Shown here: positions 18,892-27,729 of the stretch, piece by piece
Layout: every line of letters starts with the position of its first letter
Numbering within the stretch: position 1 is the stretch's first letter
Source of the DNA: Candidatus Altiarchaeota archaeon
Lineage (GTDB): Archaea > Altiarchaeota > Altiarchaeia > IMC4 > SCGC-AAA252-I15
Length of the DNA: 64,000 nucleotides
Assembly: GCA_041306075.1 (NCBI GenBank)
Contig: JBFYKH010000008.1
Location: forward strand, 11,482 to 75,481
Direction of reading: 5' to 3'
Position numbers and translations under genes: made by a program
Notes under the pieces: model-generated
Databases searched by the model: none
The model's input: only the letters and a program-made list of their open reading frames with translations
Told to the model about the DNA's origin: nothing

Positions 18892-21027
18892 TCAACGTCT
18901 GAAGGAATCCCCTATGCTCTCCCCGGCGCGGCCGCGCAGCTCCCGCAGCCTGCCGCGTCCGCCCGGCTGGGGGCCGCCGTCGGAGCCTGAATCCCCCCCG
19001 AACATGCCCCTCAGGAGGTCCATGCCCCCTTTCTTGAGCAGGTACACGGTCACCAGGAATACAGCCGCGGCTATGAGGAGGAGTATCAGGACGACGACCC
19101 CTATGCCGCCGTATGTGACGACATCCTTGTCACGCTGGATTGCGTCGGCCATAGCCGACACGTTGTCGTACTGCCGCCTGAGGGATGTGTCATTCAGCCC
19201 CAGGTACGCCTTGTCCGCCAGAGACAGGTGGTAGGTCGCGTTGCCGTAGTTGTTGGCCCGCACGTACTTGTAGGCCTCCTCGACCTCGGCATGGAACACA
19301 TCATAGGCCTTGCACCAGGCATCGACCGACGACGCCTCCGAGACGAGCGTCTGGTTTCCGAGGAAAACATAGGCCTCCCTGACCCGGGCGGCGTAATAGG
19401 TGGCGTTGGCGCAGCGCCTCTCCGCGAAGTACCGCCTCATCAGCCCCAGGTTCTCCGCGGCTGCGGGTATGGCCAGCGCCCTCCCCTTCGTCGCCAGAAG
19501 CTCGTTCACGTGCGCCATGTCATTGACCTTCCGGTACTCGTCCGCCGCCATCTGGGCGTACTTCGCGGCCTCGGGGTACTCCCCCTTCACGAAGTAGTAG
19601 TCCGTCAGGTTGCTGTAGATGTCGCCGCTCGAGTACCTCCCGGACTTGTCCAGGAGCGTCTTCACCTTGGCTTCGTCCGCCTGCCTGCCGGCTATCCCAT
19701 ACAGGTCCTTCGCCAGGAGCCCGTAGTACGACGTCAGGTTGTAATCCCTGTCGCGGTATGCCTTGTCCGCGAGCCCGTAGTAGTGCTCGGCCCTGCTGAC
19801 CTGGACGTAAGCCGCGGAGTCCAGCGCCCGGACCCTGTGGTCCTTGGAGCCGTAGACTATGCTCGCGTATCCGTCGCCGTTCAGGTCCCCCACGTCTATC
19901 GAGCGCACGGAACCGACGGAGTCCGACTTGTAGACAAGCTCGCCGGCCGAGTCGAGTATGCGGATGCTCGCGGAACCCAGTATGATCTCTGCCGACCCGT
20001 CCTGCGCGAAGTCGTATGCCTTCAGGGCCGTCGTCTCGCCGGACGAGTACTGCCACAGCAGAGCCCCTGACGGGTCGAAAGCGTAGACCTTGCCGGCGCC
20101 CACGAAAACTCCCATCGAGCCGTTCGAGGACAGGGGCCCGCAGTCTATGGCGCGGACCTGCCCGTCGACCGCCGCGTCCCAGAGCACATTGCCTAGGTGC
20201 GAGTACGCCTTGACGCGTCCCGCGCTCCCGACCACCGCCTCAGAGAGCGAGTCCCCGTTTATGTCGCAGGCCTTGACCGCCGACACGCCGCCTTCGTAGT
20301 TGTCGGACCATCTCGTGGCGCCGCCCAGGTCGAAGGCGTAGAAGGTGGACGGCTTGCTGTAGGTCGGGGTGTAGGTGCCGCCAATCGTGTTAGGGGAGTA
20401 CTTTATCGTGCCGACGAGCACCGTCCTTGAGCTTCCACCGAAGTCCGCGGACGAGAGGGCGTAAGGCGTCTCAAGCCCCTTGAATGTGACCGCCGCAAGC
20501 TCCTCCTTCCCGTGCCCCCGTATGTTGAGGACGCTGCCTTTCTGCCCGTAGTTGGTGCCGACGACCGCCTCGTCCTTCCCGTCGCCGTTCAGGTCTGCTG
20601 CATACACGCTCTGCGAGTATATGCTCTGTCCGGGGGAGCTCCGGGTCGGTATCTTCCATACTTCCTCCCCGGAGGGGGATAAGAGCTCCGCGTACGCGCC
20701 CGAGCCGACTAGGGTATAGCCCTTGTTAGAGACATGTATGTCCTCTAGGAGTCCGCCGAGGTACTTCCACCCCGGCTGCCCGCCCCCGTCGAACATGAAT
20801 ACCGTGCCGCTCTTGCCTTCCGACGTGACGTAGAGGCTGTCGACTATGACCTCCGCCTTCCCGTCGCCGTTGAGGTCGACGACGCGGACGTTATGGACTT
20901 CGCCCCTGACGTCCTGGCTCCAGAGGGGAGAGAAAAGGTCCTGGTACGAGGAGCCGCCGGTGGATGCTGCAGAGGCCAGACCCGCACAAAAAACCAGTAG
21001 GACGGCCACCGCCCGAGTAAAAGACAT
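18892..21027 (-). CDS. FG-GAP/VCBS-like beta-propeller repeat surface protein with helical (TPR-like) region and C-terminal TM anchor
   Basis: Signal peptide MSFTRAVAVLLVFCAGLASAAS. Repeated DLNGDGKAEV / DLNGDGKDEAVVG / DINGDSLSEAVVG / DVGDLNGDGYASIVYG motifs. C-terminal TM GGIGVVVLILLLIAAAVFLVTVYLL + Gly/Arg tail. Confidence 0.7.
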   Translation of the reverse strand: MSFTRAVAVLLVFCAGLASAASTGGSSYQDLFSPLWSQDVRGEVHNVRVVDLNGDGKAEVIVDSLYVTSEGKSGTVFMFDGGGQPGWKYLGGLLEDIHVSNKGYTLVGSGAYAELLSPSGEEVWKIPTRSSPGQSIYSQSVYAADLNGDGKDEAVVGTNYGQKGSVLNIRGHGKEELAAVTFKGLETPYALSSADFGGSSRTVLVGTIKYSPNTIGGTYTPTYSKPSTFYAFDLGGATRWSDNYEGGVSAVKACDINGDSLSEAVVGSAGRVKAYSHLGNVLWDAAVDGQVRAIDCGPLSSNGSMGVFVGAGKVYAFDPSGALLWQYSSGETTALKAYDFAQDGSAEIILGSASIRILDSAGELVYKSDSVGSVRSIDVGDLNGDGYASIVYGSKDHRVRALDSAAYVQVSRAEHYYGLADKAYRDRDYNLTSYYGLLAKDLYGIAGRQADEAKVKTLLDKSGRYSSGDIYSNLTDYYFVKGEYPEAAKYAQMAADEYRKVNDMAHVNELLATKGRALAIPAAAENLGLMRRYFAERRCANATYYAARVREAYVFLGNQTLVSEASSVDAWCKAYDVFHAEVEEAYKYVRANNYGNATYHLSLADKAYLGLNDTSLRRQYDNVSAMADAIQRDKDVVTYGGIGVVVLILLLIAAAVFLVTVYLLKKGGMDLLRGMFGGDSGSDGGPQPGGRGRLRELRGRAGESIGDSFRR

Positions 21028-21152
21028 TGATAATGATATTCCCCCGGAGATTATTAAGGATGCGGGGAGCGGTTTCCAGTGGCCATTCTGGACGCCGAAT
21101 CCGGCCCCCTGGAGGAGGCGCCTTAAATACCGGCCCCCCGTAATATCCTCAG

Positions 21153-21872
21153 ATGAGGCTTCTCGTAGACCCCAAGGGCGGCAAATACCTGGTGGAGCGT
21201 GGGAGGGACTTCCACACGAAGTACGGTTTCGTGAAGTCCGACGCCGTCGCCTCGGCCGAGCCAGGAGCCGTCGTCGAGTCGAACACCGGCATCAGGTTCA
21301 GCGTCCTGGACCCGGACGTCAGGGACTACCTCGAGAAGGCTAGGAGGGGGCCGCAGGCGATGACGCTGAAGGACATGAGCATGGCGGCGGGCTACGCCGG
21401 GATAAGCTCCGGCAGCAGGGTGTTGGAGAGCGGCACCGGCAGCGGCCTGTTCACCATGTTCCTCGCCCACGTCGTGTATCCGGAGACGGTGGTGACTTAC
21501 GAGCTGAGGGAGGACTTCGCGGACATCGCAAAGTGCAACTTCGAGCGCTTCGGAGTGAAGAACGTGCGATTGGAGCTCAGGGACACCTACCTGGGAATCG
21601 ACGAGCGCGGCCTCGACGCCGTGTTCCTCGACCTCACGGAGCCGTGGAAGGTAGTGCCTAACCTGACGGAGGCCCTCGGGGTCGGCGGAACCCTAGTCAG
21701 CTACAGCCCGAGCATAAACCAGAGCAGGCAGCTTACAGAGGCCCTCAACGAAGGCTGGCTCCACGAGACCTTCGAGAACATACTCCGCAACTGGAAGGCC
21801 GACACGATGCGCCCGGACACGCAAATGCTCGGACACACCGGATTCCTGACGGTGGCGAGGAAACTCGCCTAG
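21153..21872 (+). CDS. trmI: tRNA (adenine57/58-N1)-methyltransferase TrmI (GCD14 family)
   Basis: N-terminal TrmI domain (LVDPKGGKYLVERGRDFHTKYGFVKSDAV), then the SAM-binding fold with VLESGTGSG motif I. Confidence 0.85.
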   Translation: MRLLVDPKGGKYLVERGRDFHTKYGFVKSDAVASAEPGAVVESNTGIRFSVLDPDVRDYLEKARRGPQAMTLKDMSMAAGYAGISSGSRVLESGTGSGLFTMFLAHVVYPETVVTYELREDFADIAKCNFERFGVKNVRLELRDTYLGIDERGLDAVFLDLTEPWKVVPNLTEALGVGGTLVSYSPSINQSRQLTEALNEGWLHETFENILRNWKADTMRPDTQMLGHTGFLTVARKLA

Positions 21873-21991
21873 TTTGGCCAGCGTTTTCCGGGCGAAGCGA
21901 GGAAAAGGCCGCCGCCGTAGGCCGACACCATGAGACCGGACACGCGGACGCCGGGACACACCTGGTTTTTAACTGCCGCAGGTAAATTTAG

Positions 21992-22630
21992 GTGGACAGT
22001 GCAGTGGAAAACGAGGCTAGAGACGGGACGAGGGAGGTTGTGGCGGAAAGCTTCTGGGGGGCCATAGCCGCATTTTTTCTGGTCCAGGTTTTCGGCTTCA
22101 TCGTGTACCAGGGCTTCCTTTACCATTTTTTCAGCGACACGGCTGAGGGGCCTGCGCTCATGAGGTTTGTTTGGGCGGGGGGGTGGATACTGGTGTTCCT
22201 GATGTTCCAGAGCCAGATTCTGGGGATTATCGGCCGTTTTCTCCGTTCAGACCAGAAGAAGTTAATCCTGCCGGACGCCAGGAACGTCGACGACATCCTG
22301 AAGTTTTTCCTGGCGCTCGCCTTTGCGGCGACCTTCGTCGGATTCAACCTCGGACACTACCCGTTCCCGATGACGGGGGATAATCCGCTTTCATTCGGGC
22401 TATTCCTGGCCGTATCATGGTGGGTGTCCTCCATGGGGGGTAGCCCTGCCAAGAGTGGCGGGCCCTCTGTTGCGGTAGGCCCGGGCATGTTGTTCGGTTT
22501 CCTGGTCGGGGGGGTCTTTATAGTCGCTGGAGTATTCATGGACGGGCTATTCTATTTTCACGGGATGATCGGTTGGGGCGTATGCACCATGTTGTTGACA
22601 GGCTGGCTGCTTCGGGACCAGATAAGGTGA
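21992..22630 (+). CDS. Hypothetical integral membrane protein (~5 TM)
   Basis: Hydrophobic profile; GTG start. Confidence 0.45.
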   Translation: MDSAVENEARDGTREVVAESFWGAIAAFFLVQVFGFIVYQGFLYHFFSDTAEGPALMRFVWAGGWILVFLMFQSQILGIIGRFLRSDQKKLILPDARNVDDILKFFLALAFAATFVGFNLGHYPFPMTGDNPLSFGLFLAVSWWVSSMGGSPAKSGGPSVAVGPGMLFGFLVGGVFIVAGVFMDGLFYFHGMIGWGVCTMLLTGWLLRDQIR

Positions 22631-22659
22631 CCCGCGACGACGTCAGCCCAGTTAGGTGA

Positions 22660-23229
22660 TCACTCTATGTTTATCCTCCTCTTACCATCAGCCTTCCGTT
22701 CCTTCCTCCGGAATTTGACCTCGAGTATCCCGTTCTTGTAGGAGGCTTTGATGGTGTCGGGGTCGACTTCGGCCGGCATCCGTAGCTCCTTGTGGTATTT
22801 CCGGGCCTTGTTGTCGACGTGTATCTGCAGGCTCCTCTCGTCGGCCTTCAGGTCTATGTCCTGCTTCTCCACGCCAGGCAGCTCGGCGATGACTGTGATT
22901 TCGTCTTTTCCGTCTATGACGTCGACGAGCGGCTCCCGCTCCCCTGGTATCTCCTCGACGCCCGGCTTCGGAACGTTCCCGAACTCCTCCATCACCGGCC
23001 TGCCGTCCGGGCCGGTGTGCATGCTGAACCCGTAGACGTAGCTCTTGCCCGGCTCCTCGCCGAGGTGGTCGTGGCTCAGGACGTCGCGCATCATCCGGTC
23101 CATCTGCTCGCGGACCCTGCGGAATTCCTCGCCGAAGCCGCCGAAGTCGTCGCCCATGAAGTCGTCCAAGCCCTCGAAGAAACGTTTCCTGCGGTTTGGG
23201 ATGTCATCCATGAAATCACCGGTATCCAA
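22660..23229 (-). CDS. Small heat-shock protein, Hsp20/alpha-crystallin family
   Basis: ACD core DVIDGKDEITVIAELPGVEKQDIDLKADERSLQIHVD...ELRMPAEVDPDTIKASYKNGILEV. Confidence 0.85.
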   Translation of the reverse strand: MDTGDFMDDIPNRRKRFFEGLDDFMGDDFGGFGEEFRRVREQMDRMMRDVLSHDHLGEEPGKSYVYGFSMHTGPDGRPVMEEFGNVPKPGVEEIPGEREPLVDVIDGKDEITVIAELPGVEKQDIDLKADERSLQIHVDNKARKYHKELRMPAEVDPDTIKASYKNGILEVKFRRKERKADGKRRINIE

Positions 23230-23244
23230 TATCGAAGGGGTTCT

Positions 23245-23943
23245 TTATAAGCTGTGTCTCGTCAGCTCCGGAAGCCGCCCCCACGCCGCCAGGACGTCGC
23301 CTGAGACGACGACCACCCCCCGGAGCCCTGGTATGGCCTTCGCGGTCTCCAACGCAATGCCCGTGTTACCGCCGGACTTGACTGCGTTGCCGACCGCCGT
23401 GGCCGCCGCGTCGGCCAAGGCCGCCGAATCCGCTACGGCGGTGGCGGAGTCCGCGGCGCCGAGGCTGACCGACGGCCCCACGGACGCGGAGCTCGTGCAT
23501 ATCCCGCAAGGCGTGTCCTCCGGCTTCACCAGGAATGCGAGCTGGCCGGACAGGCTGGACGGCCCCGAGTATATCCCCACCGTCTTCTCCTCCTTCGCGA
23601 GCATGTATATGTCCCCCCCGTTCTCGACTATCACGTCGGCCGCCCCATCCGACGACAGCCTCCGCCCCACGAGCTCTGCGAACGCTCCAGCGACCGCGGC
23701 CATGGGGCCGACGCCGCACCTGCCCGCCGCCTCCGCCATGAGGGCCGCTATCTCCGGGGCGTCTACCGAGACCTCCACTGGCTCGTAGGATGCTTTGAAC
23801 AGGGGGTTCGAGTTTATGTACGCGATTAGGCGGTCGTATTGGGTTACGAGCTCGTCGAGCGACGACTCCTTCAGGTCGAGGTCGCAGTGTATCATGAAGT
23901 TCGTCTCGCCGTATGTCAGGGGCCAGCGCATCGGACACCTCAT
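23245..23943 (-). CDS. UPF0280-like protein (ApbE-like fold), tentative
   Basis: C-terminal pattern CTSSASVGPSVSLGAADSATAVADSAALADAAATAVGN resembles archaeal UPF0280 proteins. Called from memory of the family signature only. Confidence 0.45.
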   Translation of the reverse strand: MRCPMRWPLTYGETNFMIHCDLDLKESSLDELVTQYDRLIAYINSNPLFKASYEPVEVSVDAPEIAALMAEAAGRCGVGPMAAVAGAFAELVGRRLSSDGAADVIVENGGDIYMLAKEEKTVGIYSGPSSLSGQLAFLVKPEDTPCGICTSSASVGPSVSLGAADSATAVADSAALADAAATAVGNAVKSGGNTGIALETAKAIPGLRGVVVVSGDVLAAWGRLPELTRHSL

Positions 23944-25151
23944 GTGAGGCTGCAGGACTCCCTGAGCCGGATTAGTGCGGACACGAGCGCCGTGTTGCCG
24001 GCGGACTCGGCCCTTGAAACCACGGCCTGGAATCTCTCGCCGGAGATGGCCTGGGCCAGGGCCACGGAGGACGACGCCCCCTTCGACTGCATGCTCCTTG
24101 TGATGCCGGACAGAAGCCTTATGCCGGTGAGCATCTGGGTCTCGTCGGGCGTGTCGCAGAAGCCGATGACCGCGTTCAGTCCTTTCAGGCCGGAGTATCC
24201 GAGCACCAGGGAGACGGCGTCGTATTCCTGGTCGGTCCTCATATCCTTCGCCCGCTCAAGGAGGGGTGCGAGGCCCGCTTCCCCGAGGTTGGCGAGCGAG
24301 TTCACGGCCACGAAGTCTGTGATGCCGTCGTGCACGAGGCTGCGCGACAGGGCCGCCGCCAGGGGAGGCGCGACCTCCGGGGGCATCTTCGAGAGGACAG
24401 TGACTGCGGGCGTCGCGAGCCGGGCGTCCGGGAGGCCGTCGAGGTTTTTGGGGTTGGCGGCCTTCAGGATGCCGTCGACGACAGCGTCCGTCGCGAGCGC
24501 GGCCCATCCCCGCAGCGCCTCGCCCACGTGCGCCGAAAGCTGGCCGTGGGGATGGGTCGAGAGCAGGTTCAGGAACGCGGGGATTGATGAGGCGATGACG
24601 GATTCCGCCTCCCCGGTCTTCCCATCCAGCATGAGGTTTCTCGCGTGTATGGCGAGGTCGTCCACCCCCGCGCACTTCGAGTCCTCGTCGGGGGAGTCGA
24701 GGAGCGTTTTGGCGCGGTCTATGCCGTCGTCGAGGACGGACAGCACGGTTTCGGCGTCGCTCCTCCTGTAGGGGTGTTCGGGGTCGCTTTCCGCGGATAA
24801 GAGCATGTCTTTGAGCCATCCGGCGTCCTTCGGCCTGGCGGCTGCTGCGAGCATGAGCGCTTCGTGGGAGCGGAAGCCGAGGTCGTTGGAGACGCCCATC
24901 CAGGAAACGAGTTTTTCCGCTGCGTTTCCGCTTCCCGGGGATTTCCCGGCAAGCAGTGCCGCTATGAGCTTGACGAGTTTCCGCCGCCCGTCCTCCGGCT
25001 CCGTCTTAAGGAGCTCGGCCGCGGCTTCCGCGACGTTCAGGCCGCCACCCGCAGCTTCGACTGCCCGCCTGATCTCCTCTTCGCCCGCTTCGGCTGAGCA
25101 CGCCTGGGCCGCGGTTGCCCGGGCCCGGTCGTCCGGAGGCTGAGTTGCCAT
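23940..25151 (-). CDS. Alpha-helical (HEAT/PBS-lyase-like) repeat protein, hypothetical
   Basis: The real start is the internal Met MATQPPDD at 25151; the upstream part of the track ORF overlaps the ferredoxin gene. Ala/Leu-rich helical repeats. Confidence 0.5.
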   Translation of the reverse strand: MATQPPDDRARATAAQACSAEAGEEEIRRAVEAAGGGLNVAEAAAELLKTEPEDGRRKLVKLIAALLAGKSPGSGNAAEKLVSWMGVSNDLGFRSHEALMLAAAARPKDAGWLKDMLLSAESDPEHPYRRSDAETVLSVLDDGIDRAKTLLDSPDEDSKCAGVDDLAIHARNLMLDGKTGEAESVIASSIPAFLNLLSTHPHGQLSAHVGEALRGWAALATDAVVDGILKAANPKNLDGLPDARLATPAVTVLSKMPPEVAPPLAAALSRSLVHDGITDFVAVNSLANLGEAGLAPLLERAKDMRTDQEYDAVSLVLGYSGLKGLNAVIGFCDTPDETQMLTGIRLLSGITRSMQSKGASSSVALAQAISGERFQAVVSRAESAGNTALVSALIRLRESCSLT

Positions 25152-25183
25152 GCTTAGAGATTGGAGGGAGGGATTAAATAGAT

Positions 25184-25579
25184 TCAGGCCTTGGGGGGGC
25201 TGAGGGCGCGGGTCGGGCATGCTTCCACGCATTGGCCGCAGCGTATGCACTCGTCGTTGTCGAGGCGCATCCGCCAGTCGCGGATGGTTATCGCCTTGGT
25301 GGGGCAGACGCCGTAGCATGCGAGGCAGTCCACGCACCGTCCATCGTCCTTGAGTATGTTGCCTGACAGCTCCTCGGCCTCGACGCCGTGAAGTTCGAGG
25401 TAGTGGAGGAGCTTCCGCTCCGCCTCGGGGCCGCCGAGTACGCCTATCGCGAGCATCTCCTTCGAGTATTCAACGTCGGCGGTGAGGATGTTGACGAGTA
25501 CTCCGGTCTTCAGGACGGCTTCCGCGAGCACCGGCCTGTCTGAGGCTTCCGTGCTGTAGCGCAGGAGATAGCGTTTCAT
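25184..25579 (-). CDS. NIL-domain 4Fe-4S ferredoxin (MA1822-like partner of the COG1900 homocysteine enzyme)
   Basis: The real protein is MKRYLLRYSTEASDRPVLAEAVLKTGVLVNILTADV... (NIL domain) plus two CxxCxxCxxxCP clusters (CVDCLACYGVCP, CIRCGQCVEACP). Track ORF 25184..25915 is over-extended. Confidence 0.8.
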   Translation of the reverse strand: MKRYLLRYSTEASDRPVLAEAVLKTGVLVNILTADVEYSKEMLAIGVLGGPEAERKLLHYLELHGVEAEELSGNILKDDGRCVDCLACYGVCPTKAITIRDWRMRLDNDECIRCGQCVEACPTRALSPPKA

Positions 25580-27075
25580 CTTCTCATCCGCCCCCATGCC
25601 CGGTTTATGTCCGACGACGTTATTATGCCCACTAAGCGGTTCTCCCCGTCCACGACCGGCGTGGAGTTGAAGCCGTGCTTCTCCAGGCGCCTTCCGACCT
25701 CGTCTATGGCCTCGTTCGGCTTGGAGGTGACGACCCCACGGGACATGACGTCGCGGAGCCTCCTCTTCTTCTGGGCGACCGCCTTGGTGAAGTCGAACGA
25801 CGTGACTATCCCGACGAGCATGCCCTTCCCGTCGACTATGGGTATCTGGTCGTAGCCCTTGCCCACCATGAGCTCGGACACAGTCTCCGGTGACTCCGTG
25901 TCCCGGACGGCGCACACCTTCCGGGTCATCACGTCCTCTACGCGGGGCATCTTGGCCGTGACCTTCATCGGCTTGACGGCGCGCTCCCGGGGGAGGGGTA
26001 TTATCTCCTCCGGGAAGTAGTACCGTTTCTCGCTTATCCAGGAGGCGAGCTCGTCCATTATGTCGTAGGCGAGCTTGAAGCTGGAGAGCGGCGCGGACTT
26101 GACGGCCTTGCCGTTCACGTCCACCCGTCCCGAGAGGAGTTCGCTGTATTTTATCCTCCTGAGCTGGGGCCTGTCGAGCCTTGCGACCCCGTAGTCCACG
26201 AGATTAGTCTCGATGAGGTCGTTCGTCACCGCCGTGCTCTTCGCCAGCTCCTCGTCGAGTATCGGGACGGGTATGCCTATGCCGACGAAGAGGCTGGTGC
26301 CGTAGTGCGGTATCGTCGCGCCGCGGACGTACTTGGGGTCCATTCCCCTTAGGTCGCCCTTCACCGTGATGTTGCCGAATCCGCTCTGCGGGGAGTGCTG
26401 GGTGCCTTCGCCGACGACGACGCCTTCGGCGCCGCACAGGAATATCCTCGTCCCGAAGCCGATGGTCCGGTAGCCGGGGTCGTTGTTGAGCGGGCTTATC
26501 TCGCCGCACCCCGCGAAGTTGACGTTCCCGCCCCTAGGGAGTAGCGTGCCCATGTACGTGTGGAGCTTCCGCTCCGAGAGGTTGACGGCGGCCGTGTAGC
26601 GCTGGTAGGCGTTCCTCGGGTTGAACATGTACGCCTGGTTCAGGTCGTCCAGGGTTATCGTCGTCTCGAGCTTCTTCGTCGGGTAGCAGTCGGTCCCGTA
26701 GGATGACGCCCTCACGTTTATCTCCCTGCCGGCCACCAGGTCCTCTATGACGTGGCCGCCGCCGTATTCCATGCCGCGGTCGAGGCTGAGTTCAGTCGCG
26801 CCGACGTAGGCGTCGACGGCGGCTAATCCGCCGTATGCTTCCACCTCGTTCAGCCATACCTTCTGCATCTTTATGGGCGGGTTCGAGTGGCCGAAGTTTA
26901 TGAACGCCCCCGAGCTGCACATGGCGCCGAATGTCCCGGTCGTCACGACGTCGACTTCGCGCGCCGCCTTTTCCAGACCTTTTTTGGCCACAATTTCCGG
27001 CATCTCGTCGGCCCTGACGACTACGGCTTCCCCTTTCCGTATCTTCTCGTTTATTTCAGCGAGGGTTTTGGCCAT
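25576..27075 (-). CDS. L-aspartate semialdehyde sulfurtransferase (COG1900/DUF39 domain) with C-terminal tandem CBS domains; archaeal homocysteine biosynthesis
   Basis: The N-terminal ~380 aa match the COG1900 pattern (GTFGAMCSSGAFINFGHSNPPIKMQKVWLNEVEAYGG...). C-terminal VMTRKVCAV...IPIVDGKGMLVGIVTSFD and VMSRGVVT...TPVVDGENRLVGIITSSD are two CBS domains. Confidence 0.8.
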   Translation of the reverse strand: MAKTLAEINEKIRKGEAVVVRADEMPEIVAKKGLEKAAREVDVVTTGTFGAMCSSGAFINFGHSNPPIKMQKVWLNEVEAYGGLAAVDAYVGATELSLDRGMEYGGGHVIEDLVAGREINVRASSYGTDCYPTKKLETTITLDDLNQAYMFNPRNAYQRYTAAVNLSERKLHTYMGTLLPRGGNVNFAGCGEISPLNNDPGYRTIGFGTRIFLCGAEGVVVGEGTQHSPQSGFGNITVKGDLRGMDPKYVRGATIPHYGTSLFVGIGIPVPILDEELAKSTAVTNDLIETNLVDYGVARLDRPQLRRIKYSELLSGRVDVNGKAVKSAPLSSFKLAYDIMDELASWISEKRYYFPEEIIPLPRERAVKPMKVTAKMPRVEDVMTRKVCAVRDTESPETVSELMVGKGYDQIPIVDGKGMLVGIVTSFDFTKAVAQKKRRLRDVMSRGVVTSKPNEAIDEVGRRLEKHGFNSTPVVDGENRLVGIITSSDINRAWGRMRR

Positions 27076-27095
27076 TCCTAGAGAGAATCGTTATG

Positions 27096-27124
27096 CGTAT
27101 TTAAATACGTAATGCAATTGCATA
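27096..27124. promoter_or_regulatory. Perfect palindromes cgtatttaaatacg (27096-27109) and atgcaattgcat (27112-27123) in the divergent promoter region between the COG1900 operon and the HTH-CBS regulator gene
   Basis: Read directly from the sequence. tatttaaata also serves as a TATA-like box about 25 nt upstream of the minus-strand start at 27075. Confidence 0.5.
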
Positions 27125-27168
27125 TTCGTTTAAGCATATTTATGCATTTGAGCATCGAAAAAGAGAAA

Positions 27169-27729
27169 ATGCAGCTCCCCCCAACCACCGACATAGAACG
27201 CCTGCGCAGGAAGATGGGGCTCACACAGACTGAGCTCGCAGCGAAGGCAGGGGTGAGCCAGAGCCTCGTCGCCAGGATGGAGGCCGGGACCGTGGACCCG
27301 AGGTACAGCAAGGTCGCGAAACTGTTCCAGGCGCTCGACGAACTGAAGGGCGGTGAAGTCACCGCAAGGGAGATAATGTCCAGTGACGTCGTGGGCATAC
27401 AGCACACCGCCTCCATAGAATACGCTGCCGGCAAACTGAAGAAGCACAACGTGTCCCAGCTGCCCGTCTACGACGGAGACAGGACGCTCGGCTCGTTCTC
27501 GGAGCGCGACATACTGGGGCTCCTCGCGAACGGCGTCGACGCAAAGGCATTCTCGAGCGAGGAGGTGGGCGAGCACATGGGCGGGGCCTTCCCGACCGTG
27601 AAACCAGAAACCCCCCTCACCGTGCTGTCAACGCTACTTGAGCACAACACAGGAGTCCTCGTGCAGGAGCAGGGAAGGACCATCGGCATAGTGACCAAGG
27701 CGGACCTCCTGAAGGTAGTCCACAAGTGA
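27169..27729 (+). CDS. Transcriptional regulator, XRE-type HTH + tandem CBS domains
   Basis: HTH LRRKMGLTQTELAAKAGVSQSLVARMEAG, then CBS domains (IMSSDVVGIQ...LPVYDGDRTLGSFSERDIL; TVKPETPL...VLVQEQGRTIGIVTKADL). Start set at MQLPPTT (27169) using the TATA-like atatttat at 27135-27142. Confidence 0.7.
   Translation: MQLPPTTDIERLRRKMGLTQTELAAKAGVSQSLVARMEAGTVDPRYSKVAKLFQALDELKGGEVTAREIMSSDVVGIQHTASIEYAAGKLKKHNVSQLPVYDGDRTLGSFSERDILGLLANGVDAKAFSSEEVGEHMGGAFPTVKPETPLTVLSTLLEHNTGVLVQEQGRTIGIVTKADLLKVVHK

Noticed and set aside
25580-25915. 5' extension of the ferredoxin ORF (25184..25915)
   Set aside because: It overlaps the 3' end of the COG1900 gene in another frame and has Arg/Gly/His-rich composition. 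The NIL domain begins at MKRYLL (25579).
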